Shown piece after piece: positions 1 to 9,168 of a DNA stretch of 64,000 nucleotides. Where the stretch lies: the NCBI GenBank assembly GCA_016183815.1, contig JACPDW010000001.1, positions 28,551-92,550 on the forward strand, in the 5' to 3' direction. Source of the DNA: Flavobacteriia bacterium. Its GTDB lineage: Bacteria > Bacteroidota > Bacteroidia > Flavobacteriales_D > Crocinitomicaceae. Within the stretch, counting starts at the first letter, position 1, and each line of letters begins with the position of its first letter. The position numbers and the translations under genes were made by a program. The notes beneath the pieces were generated by a model. It made no database searches. It was given only the letters and a program-made list of their open reading frames with translations, and was not told the origin of the DNA.

Positions 1-336
1 GTCTAAAAACTTTTGTGTGTTGATTGTGGCTAAGTTTAAATAAACTACTCTTTCAATAGCTAAAGCTAAACCAATAATCAAACAAATTAATACTGGAGCC
101 ATCCAAAATGGGTCTCCCTCAATGTATTTTTGTTTTAAAACTTGTACAAAACTTAATTCAGGTTCTGCTTCTTTTGTGTCATTAGAAACATTATCACTTT
201 CTCCTTCTGTTGCTGCTTCTGATACAGCTTCAGTATTTGCAGTGTTTGTGGAATCTTGAGCGAAGCTTCCTTGAAAAATTCCAAATGTCATTAATGCAAC
301 GACTACAAAGGTGCTTATAACTTTTTTCATGTTCAT
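1..336 (-). CDS. MotA/TolQ/ExbB-family proton channel protein, N-terminal part (gene continues past window start)
   Basis: Absent from the ORF track because there is no stop in the window. Reverse-strand translation from ATG 336 (alternative ATG 330) gives MNMKKVISTFVVVALMTFGIFQGSFAQ (signal peptide), then a T/E/A-rich linker, then FVQVLKQKYIEGDPFWMAPVLICLIIGLALAIERVVYLNLATINTQKFLD. The frame is open to base 1. The TM segment plus the AIER motif resemble the first TM of ExbB-like proteins. Confidence 0.65.
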   Translation of the reverse strand, partial: MNMKKVISTFVVVALMTFGIFQGSFAQDSTNTANTEAVSEAATEGESDNVSNDTKEAEPELSFVQVLKQKYIEGDPFWMAPVLICLIIGLALAIERVVYLNLATINTQKFLD

Positions 337-434
337 TTGTTTTTTTTACCGTTTATTTATTATTTTAACTTATTTATTTTACAAATTTAAAAACTTTATT
401 TAATTCAAATCCTAACTATTAAAAAAAATCTTGC

Positions 435-522
435 GGAGAGAGAGGGATTCGAACCCTCGGTACCACTTTCGCAATACACACACTTTCCAGGCGTGCTCCT
501 TCAACCACTCGGACACCTCTCC
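435..522 (-). tRNA. tRNA-Ser (anticodon GGA)
   Basis: The reverse complement is GGAGAGGTGTCCGAGTGGTTGAAGGAGCACGCCTGGAAAGTGTGTGTATTGCGAAAGTGGTACCGAGGGTTCGAATCCCTCTCTCTCCG. It has a 7-bp acceptor stem, anticodon stem CACGC/GTGTG with loop CT-GGA-AA, a long variable arm typical of class II tRNAs, and a GTTCGAATC T-loop. CCA is not encoded. The 3' end is followed by a T-run. Confidence 0.9.
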
Positions 523-651
523 AATTTTCAATTTGATTTTTAGCTATTTTAAATTCAATTCACTATTATTCAAACGATTATCAGAATAATTTTAATTAAT
601 TTGACGACTAAAGTACAAAATAATTTTAAAAAAATATATTATTTAGAAATA

Positions 652-1686
652 TTAGCAAAAATCGTTTATTTCTCCCACAATATTTTTTGATAAAAGTATT
701 TTTTTTTCTTCTACTTTATTTGATAGACCTAATACATACATCAACTTACACAATGCTGCCTCAGAAGTCATGTCATTTCCACTGATTACACCAATTTCTT
801 TTAAAATTCTACTATTTTCATACTTGCCTAACACTACATTACCAGTCAAACATTGAGTGATATTTAATATTATACCTCCTTGATCGATATATTCTTTCAT
901 AGCATTAACCCAAGAATCATTTTTAGGAATATTACCTGAACCAAAGGTTTCAATGACAATCCCTTTAACTTTTTTAACATTGAATATGTTTTTATATATT
1001 TCAAAAGAAATGGAAGGGTAAAAGCGAATCAAAGCTACTCTATTATCAAAATCTGTAAACAATTGCAATTTTTGTTTTGTACCCTTATATTGAGTTTGAT
1101 AATTAATTTCCACGCCTGCTTCGGCAAGTTTTGGAAAATTAGGTGAATCGATGGCTTTAAAAAGTGATGCAGAAACTTTACTACATCTATTGCCTCTGAA
1201 TAATGAATATTCAAAATAAACAGCAACTTCATTTAATTTAGGATGACCATTTTTGTCTTTAGAACCTGCAATTTCTACAGCTGTAATTAAATTCTCTTTC
1301 CCATCAGTTCTAATAATTCCTATTGGCAATTGAGAACCAGTTAAAATGATTGGTTTGTTTATATTTTGAAGCATAAAGCTCAGAGCAGATGCAGTATATG
1401 CTATAGTATCAGAACCGTGTAAGACTACAAATCCGTCAAATTCTTTATAGTTATCAAAGATCGTTTCAGCAATTTCTTTCCAAAGTGAAATATTCATATC
1501 AGAGGAGTCAATGGGTGTTTTAAAAGATATGGCTTTAATATCAATTTGTAAACGATTCAATTCAGGAATTTGGGACGACAAATGTTTAAAATCAAATGCC
1601 TTTAAAACTCCAGAAACAGAATCGGTAACCATTCCAATAGTTCCTCCTGTATAAACAATTAATACTTTAGACTTTTGTTGAGACAA
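652..1686 (-). CDS. ansA: L-asparaginase, type I (cytoplasmic)
   Basis: 344 aa. The N-terminal VLIVYTGGTIGM threonine active-site motif and HGSDTIAYTASAL (HGTDT-like) are hallmarks of the asparaginase/glutaminase family. No signal peptide. Confidence 0.85.
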   Translation of the reverse strand: MSQQKSKVLIVYTGGTIGMVTDSVSGVLKAFDFKHLSSQIPELNRLQIDIKAISFKTPIDSSDMNISLWKEIAETIFDNYKEFDGFVVLHGSDTIAYTASALSFMLQNINKPIILTGSQLPIGIIRTDGKENLITAVEIAGSKDKNGHPKLNEVAVYFEYSLFRGNRCSKVSASLFKAIDSPNFPKLAEAGVEINYQTQYKGTKQKLQLFTDFDNRVALIRFYPSISFEIYKNIFNVKKVKGIVIETFGSGNIPKNDSWVNAMKEYIDQGGIILNITQCLTGNVVLGKYENSRILKEIGVISGNDMTSEAALCKLMYVLGLSNKVEEKKILLSKNIVGEINDFC

Positions 1687-1707
1687 TATTATTTACTTTT
1701 TACTTTT

Positions 1708-1746
1708 AAAAAAATGTCCTTTTCAAACTTTTGATTGAAAAGGGAC
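1708..1746 (-). terminator. Rho-independent terminator downstream of the TatD-family gene
   Basis: A 9-bp stem pairs 1718-1726 (CCTTTTCAA) with 1735-1743 (TTGAAAAGG) around an 8-nt loop, and is extendable with one bulge. On the minus strand it is followed directly by ACATTTTTTT (plus-strand A-run 1708-1714). Confidence 0.65.
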
Positions 1747-1757
1747 AATGCTTGATT

Positions 1758-2531
1758 TTATGGCAACAAAGTAAAACACTTTTTTGCATTTGATGTACTT
1801 ATTTCTGCTATTTTTTTCATTTCTAGTTGAAAAACATCACTAATAACCTGAGCAACTTCCAACATATATTTAGGTTCGTTTCTTTTTCCACGGTAGGGGA
1901 CTGGTGGTAAATAGGGAGAATCTGTTTCTAAAACGATATTTTCTAATTTAATATCGAGTAATGTTTCTCTAAGTTTAGTATTTTTATAAGTCAACACTCC
2001 TCCAATACCAAAAAGAAAATTTTGATAACTTTTGATTTTTTTTACATCATTGGATTTACCTGTGAAACAATGAAATACCCCTCTTAAATCAGTATTTTTA
2101 AATTTATCGAGAACTTCATAGATTTCTTTAAAACTGTCTCGAGCATGAATTACAATGGGTAAATCTAATTCCAAAGCCCATTTTATTTGCGTTTCAAAAA
2201 CCAATAATTGTTCATTAACAAATTCTTTACTCCAATACAAATCAATTCCAATTTCTCCAACAGCAATATATTTTTTTGAAAAAAGTTCATTTTTAATTTT
2301 TACTAAATTTTCTTCAAATTGCTCATTTACAGAGCAAGGGTGTAAACCCATCATTGGAAAACAGAGACTTGGATACTTTTCAACTACGGCTAACAAAGGA
2401 GTAATTGATTCAACATCAATATTAGGTAACAATAATTGTTTGATACCGATCTGAACAGCATTTTGTATTACTTCATTTCTGTCTTCATTAAAATGATCAG
2501 AATATAAATGAGCATGGGTATCAATCCACAT
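1758..2531 (-). CDS. TatD-family metal-dependent hydrolase/DNase
   Basis: 257 aa. The N-terminal WIDTHAHL motif, VGEIGIDLYW, PIVIHARD and LETDSPYL are the conserved TatD/YcfH metal-binding blocks. Confidence 0.85.
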   Translation of the reverse strand: MWIDTHAHLYSDHFNEDRNEVIQNAVQIGIKQLLLPNIDVESITPLLAVVEKYPSLCFPMMGLHPCSVNEQFEENLVKIKNELFSKKYIAVGEIGIDLYWSKEFVNEQLLVFETQIKWALELDLPIVIHARDSFKEIYEVLDKFKNTDLRGVFHCFTGKSNDVKKIKSYQNFLFGIGGVLTYKNTKLRETLLDIKLENIVLETDSPYLPPVPYRGKRNEPKYMLEVAQVISDVFQLEMKKIAEISTSNAKKCFTLLP

Positions 2532-2553
2532 GTTTTTCTTTACGAAAAGTTGA

Positions 2554-2970
2554 TTAACAAAATTCTTTGTATGCTTCTTGTAAATTTTCTGCGATTAATT
2601 GAGCACTAATTCCTTCGATATTGTGTCTTTCTAAAAAATGAACCAATTTCCCGTCTTTAAATAAAGCAACACAAGGTGAAGAAGGAGGATAGGGTGCAAA
2701 ATAAGTTCTTGCTTGGGCTACAGCTTCAATGTCAAAACCAGCAAAAACAGTGGTGATGTGACTAGGTTTTTTATCTGTTTGTAAAGATAATTTCACTCCT
2801 GGTCTTAAATTTCCTGCTGCACAGCCGCATACTGAATTTACAACAAGAAGCAAACTGCTTCCTATACTGTTTTTAATGGCTTCGTCAACTGAATCTGGAG
2901 TGGTTAATTCTTTAAAACCAACTTGAACTAAATCAGCTTTCATTGGCATTACTAAATGTTCTGGGTACAT
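2554..2970 (-). CDS. BrxA/BrxB-type bacilliredoxin (DUF1094/YphP-YqiW family thiol-disulfide protein)
   Basis: 138 aa with a thioredoxin-like fold and the characteristic NSVCGCAAG (CGC) redox motif and length of bacilliredoxins. Confidence 0.7.
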   Translation of the reverse strand: MYPEHLVMPMKADLVQVGFKELTTPDSVDEAIKNSIGSSLLLVVNSVCGCAAGNLRPGVKLSLQTDKKPSHITTVFAGFDIEAVAQARTYFAPYPPSSPCVALFKDGKLVHFLERHNIEGISAQLIAENLQEAYKEFC

Positions 2971-3059
2971 AACTTTTCTTGTTTTGATGATAATTAATGT
3001 TGCAAAATTAATAAAATCATGAATTCTATTAATAAATTAAAATTAAAATTCTATAAAGA

Positions 3060-3575
3060 TTATTGAGGAAGAGGACCGATGTATTTTAAAAGTGGGTTTA
3101 ATCCAACAAAACATTTTTCTCTATATATTATTTTAATTATTTCATTTTCAGAAATTTGTATTTCAAAATCAGCTTGAGAATAAACGATTTTTGCGTCTTT
3201 ATCACCAATATATTCTGTGTTTGTTATACCTTTTTTTGTATAAAATTCTTTAAACTTTTCGAAATCTAAGGTTTTGTTTTCATGAATCAAAAAATATTTC
3301 CCATTGGGAAGATTTACTTCAAATCTACCTTCTTCATCCGTTTTTATTTTGGTAAGAGTATTTTTTTTAGGATCGTTATTCATCTCACTTTTTATGAAAA
3401 ACTTAGAATTGGAAAAAGGTCTATCAAATCCTGCTGAAATTTCAGGAGTTGGTTTTGCCCCTCCACAATAGGGTTTGTGAATAAATATTTGACCACTATG
3501 TTTGTTTTCAATTTTTTTTCCGTTTGCACAACCGAAAACACAAAATAAAAGTAGTATAAAAGTTGTATTGTACAT
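3060..3575 (-). CDS. Hypothetical lipoprotein (carboxypeptidase-regulatory-like beta segment)
   Basis: 171 aa. Lipoprotein signal MYNTTFILLLFCVFGC. The segment TDEEGRFEVNLPNGKYFLIHE resembles CarboxypepD_reg-like repeats. The start lies 2 nt after the S41 peptidase stop. Confidence 0.55.
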   Translation of the reverse strand: MYNTTFILLLFCVFGCANGKKIENKHSGQIFIHKPYCGGAKPTPEISAGFDRPFSNSKFFIKSEMNNDPKKNTLTKIKTDEEGRFEVNLPNGKYFLIHENKTLDFEKFKEFYTKKGITNTEYIGDKDAKIVYSQADFEIQISENEIIKIIYREKCFVGLNPLLKYIGPLPQ

Positions 3576-3577
3576 AA

Positions 3578-5167
3578 TTATTTACTTAAAAATATTATCG
3601 CTTTAATAATTTCTTTGTCGTATTTTGACATAACCGTATAATATCCTTGTTCCATCCACAATTGTCTTGCAATTTCTGCTTTTAAAGTTTGTTTGATTAA
3701 ATTTTTACTTTTTTCAAAATCCTTTTCAATTAATGGTATTTTAAAATTGTCTTCAGCATAATGAGCTAATTGTAGAGCTAAGTTGTCAGAAACAACAAAT
3801 TGAGAATTAAACTCATATACATTTTTCCATTTCTTTTTATCTTTATAAATATAGTCAAAAGAAAAATTAGAAAAAACTGGAAAATACCTTATTTCTCTAA
3901 AGTAATTGCTCATACCTAGAGTATCAATAGGTATAAATATGTCTGGCATTATACCCCCACCACCATAAACCACTTTTCCTTTTGGAGTAATGTATTTAAG
4001 TGAATCGACCAAAAGACTTGAATCAATATGATAATTTTCACCATTTTCAATACGTTGAAATTGGTCGTTGTAATAGTCTTCAAAGTTTTTACTATATGGT
4101 TTTTGAATACATCGTCCAGTAGGAGTATAATATCGAGCAACAGTTAACCTCAAATTACTACCATCTTTCAGTAATAAATCTTCTTGTACTAAACCCTTTC
4201 CGAATGAACGTCTTCCCATTATTGTTGCTCTGTCGTTGTCTTGTAAAGCCCCAGCAACGATTTCACTTGCAGAAGCGGAGTTACTATTAATTAATACGAC
4301 GACTTCAATATCTTCCAACTGACCTTTAGAAGTTGATTTATAGACATTTTCATCGGTATTTTTTCCTTTAGTTTTAACAATTGGTAAGTTACTTGACAAA
4401 AATTCATCTACAATATTAACAGCAGCTTGTAAAACTCCACCACCATTATTTCTTAAATCAAGAATGAGTTTTTTCATTCCTTCAGATTTTAATTTTTGAA
4501 CAGCAGAATTAAATTCTTGAGCTGTTGATAAAGAAAATTGATCTAATTTTAAGTACGCAAGATTTTTAGAAAGCATGGTTGAACAAACAACTGTTTCAAT
4601 TGGAATTGAACCTCTGATGATTTCTTTATTAATTTTTTTATTGTTTCTATAAACTTGAACAAGAACTTTAGTATTTTCTTTGCCTTTCAGCAATTTCATT
4701 ACTTTTTCGTTGTCAATTTTTAATTTTGAAAGGTCTTTCCCATTAACTGAAATAATTTTATCACCACTTTTTAACCCTGCTTTCAATGAAGGTGAATTTT
4801 TTAAGACGTTTGTTACACATATAGTATCTCTGATAATAGCAAAACGAACGCCAATGCCACCAAATTTACCCTCTATTCCTTCGTTTAATGAGTTTAAATC
4901 ACTAGCTGGAATGTAATTGCTGTGTGGGTCTAATTTATGTAACATGTCAGAAATGGTTTCCTCAAATAGTTTATCACCATCTACATTGTCAACATATTTT
5001 GTGTTTAGTAATTCAATAATGTCTTTAAATTTTGCATATTTTTCTTCTTCATTTTGAAAAACAAAACCCTTTCTTTTTGGCGTAAGCAAATGTCCTAACA
5101 TCAATCCTAAGACAATGCAGACCGATAGGGCAAAAGGTAACCAATATTTTGTCGGATTATGCTTCAT
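3578..5167 (-). CDS. S41-family C-terminal processing peptidase (Ctp/Prc-like) with PDZ domain
   Basis: 529 aa with an N-terminal TM anchor. PDZ segment GGIGVRF...VLKNSPSLKAGLKSGDKIISVNG. Catalytic block NSNSASASEIVAGALQDNDRATIMGRRSFGKG contains the Ser/Lys dyad signature. Confidence 0.85.
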   Translation of the reverse strand: MKHNPTKYWLPFALSVCIVLGLMLGHLLTPKRKGFVFQNEEEKYAKFKDIIELLNTKYVDNVDGDKLFEETISDMLHKLDPHSNYIPASDLNSLNEGIEGKFGGIGVRFAIIRDTICVTNVLKNSPSLKAGLKSGDKIISVNGKDLSKLKIDNEKVMKLLKGKENTKVLVQVYRNNKKINKEIIRGSIPIETVVCSTMLSKNLAYLKLDQFSLSTAQEFNSAVQKLKSEGMKKLILDLRNNGGGVLQAAVNIVDEFLSSNLPIVKTKGKNTDENVYKSTSKGQLEDIEVVVLINSNSASASEIVAGALQDNDRATIMGRRSFGKGLVQEDLLLKDGSNLRLTVARYYTPTGRCIQKPYSKNFEDYYNDQFQRIENGENYHIDSSLLVDSLKYITPKGKVVYGGGGIMPDIFIPIDTLGMSNYFREIRYFPVFSNFSFDYIYKDKKKWKNVYEFNSQFVVSDNLALQLAHYAEDNFKIPLIEKDFEKSKNLIKQTLKAEIARQLWMEQGYYTVMSKYDKEIIKAIIFLSK

Positions 5168-5594
5168 TAAATGGATTTTCTATTTGTACAACATCAATAC
5201 CTGCCTCTTTTAAAAATAGAATACCTTCTTTGTCTTTATATAAAACAGAATAAACTAATCTTTTAATTCCCGCTTGGAGGATTAATTTACTACAATCTTT
5301 ACAAGGAGATAAGGTTAGGTATAAAGTAGCATCTTTACAGTTATTAGTGGAACGTGCAACCTTTAAAATAGCATTTGCTTCAGCATGAAGTACATACCAA
5401 TGTGTTATTCCATCATCATCTTCGCAACAATTATCAAAACCTGCTGGTGTTCCATTGTAACCATCAGATATAATCATATCCTCTTTAACGATTATTGCTC
5501 CTACTTTTTTTCTTTTACAATGAGATAAGTGTGACCAAGTATTGGCCATTCTCAAGTATGCTTTATCGTATCGGAGTTGTTTTGATGTGTTCAT
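5157..5594 (-). CDS. Deoxycytidylate (dCMP) deaminase, ComEB-like
   Basis: 145 aa. Zinc-deaminase motifs HAEANAI and PCKDCSKLI (HAE...PCxxC). Overlaps the S41 peptidase start by 11 nt. Confidence 0.85.
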   Translation of the reverse strand: MNTSKQLRYDKAYLRMANTWSHLSHCKRKKVGAIIVKEDMIISDGYNGTPAGFDNCCEDDDGITHWYVLHAEANAILKVARSTNNCKDATLYLTLSPCKDCSKLILQAGIKRLVYSVLYKDKEGILFLKEAGIDVVQIENPFNEA

Positions 5595-5741
5595 ATTTGG
5601 AATGACAAACTTAAATATTTTTTATTAACATAATGAAAAAAACATGAATTTAAGTTATAAACCAAAGTTCGACTAATAAAATTGAAAGAAAAAGCTTTAG
5701 TAACAAAATTAATAAAAGAATTCATCATAAATACATTCAAG

Positions 5742-6170
5742 TTAAAAAACGATTTCAAATTTTCTACTTTTTGATTCAATAACATTTATAAACACATGAA
5801 CTACATTTTCATCTTTCAAAAAGGAACTTAAAATTTCTGGCCATTCGATGAAAATAATATTTTTTTCTGAAAATATTTCTTCAATTCCGATGTCATAAGC
5901 TTCTTTAATGCTATTTAAACGAAATAAATCTAGGTGATAAATTTTGCCCCTTTCAGGCGAAACATATTCATTAATAATAGAGTAAGTGGGTGAGCCGTCA
6001 AAATGTTGCACTTTCAAACATTTTAATATTGAATGAATTAGCGTAGTTTTTCCAGCTCCCATTTCGGCTTGAAAGGTAAAAATTTTAAATTTTTTAAGCA
6101 GTGAAATTATCTCTTCAACAATTTGTTCATTTTGATCAATATGCTCAATTAGAAACTCTTTTGAAACCAC
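5742..6170 (-). CDS. tsaE: tRNA t6A37 threonylcarbamoyl-adenosine biosynthesis ATPase TsaE (YjeE)
   Basis: 142 aa. Contains the P-loop GEMGAGKTT-like sequence (AEMGAGKTTLI), the SPTYSIINEY block and HLDLFRL, all TsaE signatures. Confidence 0.85.
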   Translation of the reverse strand: MVSKEFLIEHIDQNEQIVEEIISLLKKFKIFTFQAEMGAGKTTLIHSILKCLKVQHFDGSPTYSIINEYVSPERGKIYHLDLFRLNSIKEAYDIGIEEIFSEKNIIFIEWPEILSSFLKDENVVHVFINVIESKSRKFEIVF

Positions 6171-7721
6171 TTATTTAGGATTTAATTCAACAAAAGGAAT
6201 TAGCATTTCTTCCATGGAAATACCACCATGTTGGAAGGTTTTGGAATAATAATTCACAAAGTGATTATAATTATTTGGATAGACAAAAAAATCATTTTCA
6301 CGAGCAAACACAAATTCTGATGAAATATTTGATTTAGGAAGATAAGCTTCGTCAGGGTTTTTTATTGTAAAAACTTCTTTAGCTTGATAGCTTAAATTTT
6401 TACCTGTCTTATACCTTAAATTAGTGTTTACGTTTTTGTCACCAATAATTTTTACTGGATTATTCACTTTGATTGTTCCGTGATCGGTAGTAATAAATAC
6501 TTTAAATGAATTTTCTTTTAATTTTTTAAATAAATCAAACAAAGGAGAGTGATTAAACCAAGATTTTGTAATTGATCTATACGCAGATTCATCTTCAGCC
6601 AATTCTCTAATAACTTCCATTTCTGTTCTAGCATGAGACAACATATCGACAAAATTATAGACGATTACGTTAAAGTCATTGTCTTTTAAATTATTAAACT
6701 GTTCGACAATTTTTTTCCCAAATTCATGAGTTGTTACTTTGTTATAAGACCATTTCAAAGAACTTTTACCTAATCTTGTTAATTGTGCATCAAGAAAATC
6801 TTTTTCGTGAAGATTTTTACCCCCTTCTTCTTCTTCATTTACCCAGAAATTTGGAAATTTTTTTGCCATTTCAGAAGGCATTAGCCCAGAAAATAAAGCG
6901 TTTCTTGCGTATTGAGTTGCAGTAGGTAAAATCGATGAAATCATTTCTTCATTAATTACATCGTATAAAGTATTTACAATAGGTTCGATTGTTTTCCACT
7001 GATCGTATCTAAGGTTGTCAATTACTATTAGAGCTGTTTTTTGTTTACCTAAGTTCGCAACGATTTTATCTTTTATCACATTCTGTATCATGAGTGGAGC
7101 TTGGTCTCGTTGATTTAACCAATTTAAGTAGTTTTTTTCTATATACTTAGAAAATAATTGATTGGCTTCTTTTTTTTGCATGACTAAAATTTCTTTCATG
7201 CTTTTATCTTGGATTTGATCTAATTCCAATTCCCAAAACACCAGTTTTTTATACAAATCACTCCATTCTGTAAAATCTAAGTGAACACTCATCTGAAGTC
7301 CTAATTGTCTGAATTCTTGTTGATAATTGGAATTGGTTTTCTGAGATACAAGAGTATTCTGATTTAGATTTTTCTTAAGACAAAGTAAAATTTGATTTGG
7401 ATTCACAGGTTTTATTAAGTAATCTGCAATTTTACTTCCAATAGCATCTTCCATTATAGCTTCTTCCTCACTTTTTGTAATCATGACTATTGGCAAGTTG
7501 TTTTTAACTTCTTTGATTTTACTCAAAGCTTCCAATCCAGAGATGCCGGGCATGTTTTCATCTAAAAAAACAATGTCAAAATTTTCTTCTAAGACAACAT
7601 CTATTGCATCATCACCATTATTAACTGTTGTTATTTCATATCCTTTTTCTTTTAAAAAAAGAATGTGGGGTTTAAGAAGGTCAATTTCATCATCGGCCCA
7701 TAAAATTTTTCCTAACGACAT
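6171..7721 (-). CDS. porX: Response regulator with CheY-like receiver fused to a PglZ/alkaline-phosphatase-like domain (PorX-type T9SS regulator)
   Basis: The receiver is ILWADDEIDLLKPHILFLKEKGY...FLDENMPGISGLE...ITKSEEE...ADYLIKPVNPNQ, followed by about 380 aa of PglZ-like domain (VIDNLRYDQW...TDHGT). I place the start at ATG 7721 (MSLGKILWADDE). The track's 7778 start adds 19 residues that do not look like part of a receiver domain. Confidence 0.75.
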   Translation of the reverse strand: MSLGKILWADDEIDLLKPHILFLKEKGYEITTVNNGDDAIDVVLEENFDIVFLDENMPGISGLEALSKIKEVKNNLPIVMITKSEEEAIMEDAIGSKIADYLIKPVNPNQILLCLKKNLNQNTLVSQKTNSNYQQEFRQLGLQMSVHLDFTEWSDLYKKLVFWELELDQIQDKSMKEILVMQKKEANQLFSKYIEKNYLNWLNQRDQAPLMIQNVIKDKIVANLGKQKTALIVIDNLRYDQWKTIEPIVNTLYDVINEEMISSILPTATQYARNALFSGLMPSEMAKKFPNFWVNEEEEGGKNLHEKDFLDAQLTRLGKSSLKWSYNKVTTHEFGKKIVEQFNNLKDNDFNVIVYNFVDMLSHARTEMEVIRELAEDESAYRSITKSWFNHSPLFDLFKKLKENSFKVFITTDHGTIKVNNPVKIIGDKNVNTNLRYKTGKNLSYQAKEVFTIKNPDEAYLPKSNISSEFVFARENDFFVYPNNYNHFVNYYSKTFQHGGISMEEMLIPFVELNPK

Positions 7722-7916
7722 TTTTTGATTTTTTTTGTAAAAATAATGATAATTAAAGCAACGTAAAAGAATTAACAATTATTGTATAATTCAATTGTAA
7801 TAATTCTTTTTACTTTTTCAACTCTTAAAATCGTTTAATTTGTTCTCAAATTATGTTCCAAACAGAAATTAAATGTTTTTTTTAAAATCTGAAAGAAACA
7901 ATTTATACAACTGAGT

Positions 7917-8720
7917 TTATTGGGGTAATTTAGAAATCATTTTTTTGTATTGGTCTTGATATTTTTGATTTCCCCTACAAGCCATTGTAATTTTTCTATT
8001 TCTGAAATGTTCGATTCTGTTATCAGGATTAGGATGGGTGCTTAAAAATTCAACAGGCCTTTCTTTACTTTGTTTTTGTATTTTTTCAAAAAAACCAGCA
8101 GCTCCATCTGCATTGTATGTGGTTGGACATAAGTATAATACAGAGCGTTCATCGGCTTCTGTTTCGTGTAATCTTGAAAACTTTAAAGAGATGATTCCAG
8201 CGGTAATATCTTTTAACATTTTTCTGTTTCCAGCTAAAATTTCTAAAAGCACTTGAATTCCAAATATTTTTGTCATTTGACGGGTAGAATGACGCATATC
8301 AGCATGCCCTATTTCGTGAGCTAAAACACCTGCGAGCTCATCTTCGGAATCCATAAATTTCATTATCCCAGTATAGACATAAATATATCCACCTGGAGTA
8401 CAAAAAGCATTTAATGTTTTGTCGTCATGTATAATTCTTATTCTCCAAGGAAATTCAGATTTATAATCTACTTTTCCACAATTTAAAATGTTATTTCTAA
8501 TTTTATAAAGATATTGATAAACTTCTTTATGTTTTATAGAATCTAAAATAGGATATTGTTTTGTATTGGTTTCAATTTCTCGAGAAACTTGAAATCCCAA
8601 TTCTTTATCTTGTTGAACTGAAAATAAGTTCAGGCCTTTACCTTTATTTTTTGGATTAACAGTGCCACAAGAAAGCAAAATTAAAAAGAGAAAAGCACTA
8701 AATTTAATTAAATTTTTCAT
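7917..8720 (-). CDS. M48-family zinc metallopeptidase, lipoprotein
   Basis: Contains the HEIGHADMRH (HExxH) motif and a downstream ETEADE glutamate block. Lipoprotein signal MKNLIKFSAFLFLILLSC when started at ATG 8720. The track start at 8729 is a TTG three codons upstream. Confidence 0.8.
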   Translation of the reverse strand: MKNLIKFSAFLFLILLSCGTVNPKNKGKGLNLFSVQQDKELGFQVSREIETNTKQYPILDSIKHKEVYQYLYKIRNNILNCGKVDYKSEFPWRIRIIHDDKTLNAFCTPGGYIYVYTGIMKFMDSEDELAGVLAHEIGHADMRHSTRQMTKIFGIQVLLEILAGNRKMLKDITAGIISLKFSRLHETEADERSVLYLCPTTYNADGAAGFFEKIQKQSKERPVEFLSTHPNPDNRIEHFRNRKITMACRGNQKYQDQYKKMISKLPQ

Positions 8721-8742
8721 GAATTTCAAATAATATTATGAA

Positions 8743-8750
8743 CAAAATTA
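8743..8750 (-). promoter_or_regulatory. Candidate -7 promoter box (TAATTTTG) for the M48 peptidase gene
   Basis: The reverse complement matches the Bacteroidota primary-sigma -7 consensus TAnnTTTG, 22 nt upstream of ATG 8720. This is a motif match only, with no clear -33 TTTG. Confidence 0.35.
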
Positions 8751-8766
8751 GTTGAAAATTGTGATT

Positions 8767-8774
8767 TAATTTTG
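8767..8774 (+). promoter_or_regulatory. Candidate -7 promoter box (TAATTTTG) for the STAS-rnz operon
   Basis: Matches TAnnTTTG 53 nt upstream of ATG 8827, divergent from the M48 candidate box. Motif match only. Confidence 0.3.
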
Positions 8775-8826
8775 AAACATAATAATTGGTTATGCTTTAA
8801 ATTATTATTTTTACAACAAAAATAAT

Positions 8827-9168
8827 ATGCATTTCGAACTAATTCACCATGCCCATTTTGTTGTTATCAAATGTTTAGCCGAAAAATTAGACATTAATTT
8901 AGCAAGTGAGTTAAAAAGCGAAATTATACTATTAAATAAAAAAGGTATAAACACTATTATTTTTGATTTAGAAAAAACCAAATATTGTGATTCATCGGGA
9001 TTAAGTTCAATATTAATGGGAAATCGTCTGTGTAAAGACAGTGGAGGAAAATTTGTCCTTTGTTCAATTAATTCAGTTGTAAAAAAACTAATAGAAATCT
9101 CTCAATTAGACAAGGTTTTATTTATTCAAGATTCATTAGAATCAGCAATTGATTTTATTCAAAAATGA
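8827..9168 (+). CDS. STAS-domain protein (anti-sigma-factor antagonist, SpoIIAA-like)
   Basis: 113 aa. The conserved phosphorylatable-serine block CDSSGLSSIL and the overall STAS length and pattern are present. Confidence 0.75.
   Translation: MHFELIHHAHFVVIKCLAEKLDINLASELKSEIILLNKKGINTIIFDLEKTKYCDSSGLSSILMGNRLCKDSGGKFVLCSINSVVKKLIEISQLDKVLFIQDSLESAIDFIQK

Noticed and set aside
5591-5785. A 64-aa ORF spanning the dCMP deaminase-tsaE spacer.
   Set aside because: It overlaps the 3' end of tsaE, the product is a hydrophobic/N-rich string with no motif, and the spacer shows no promoter box. It is most likely non-coding.
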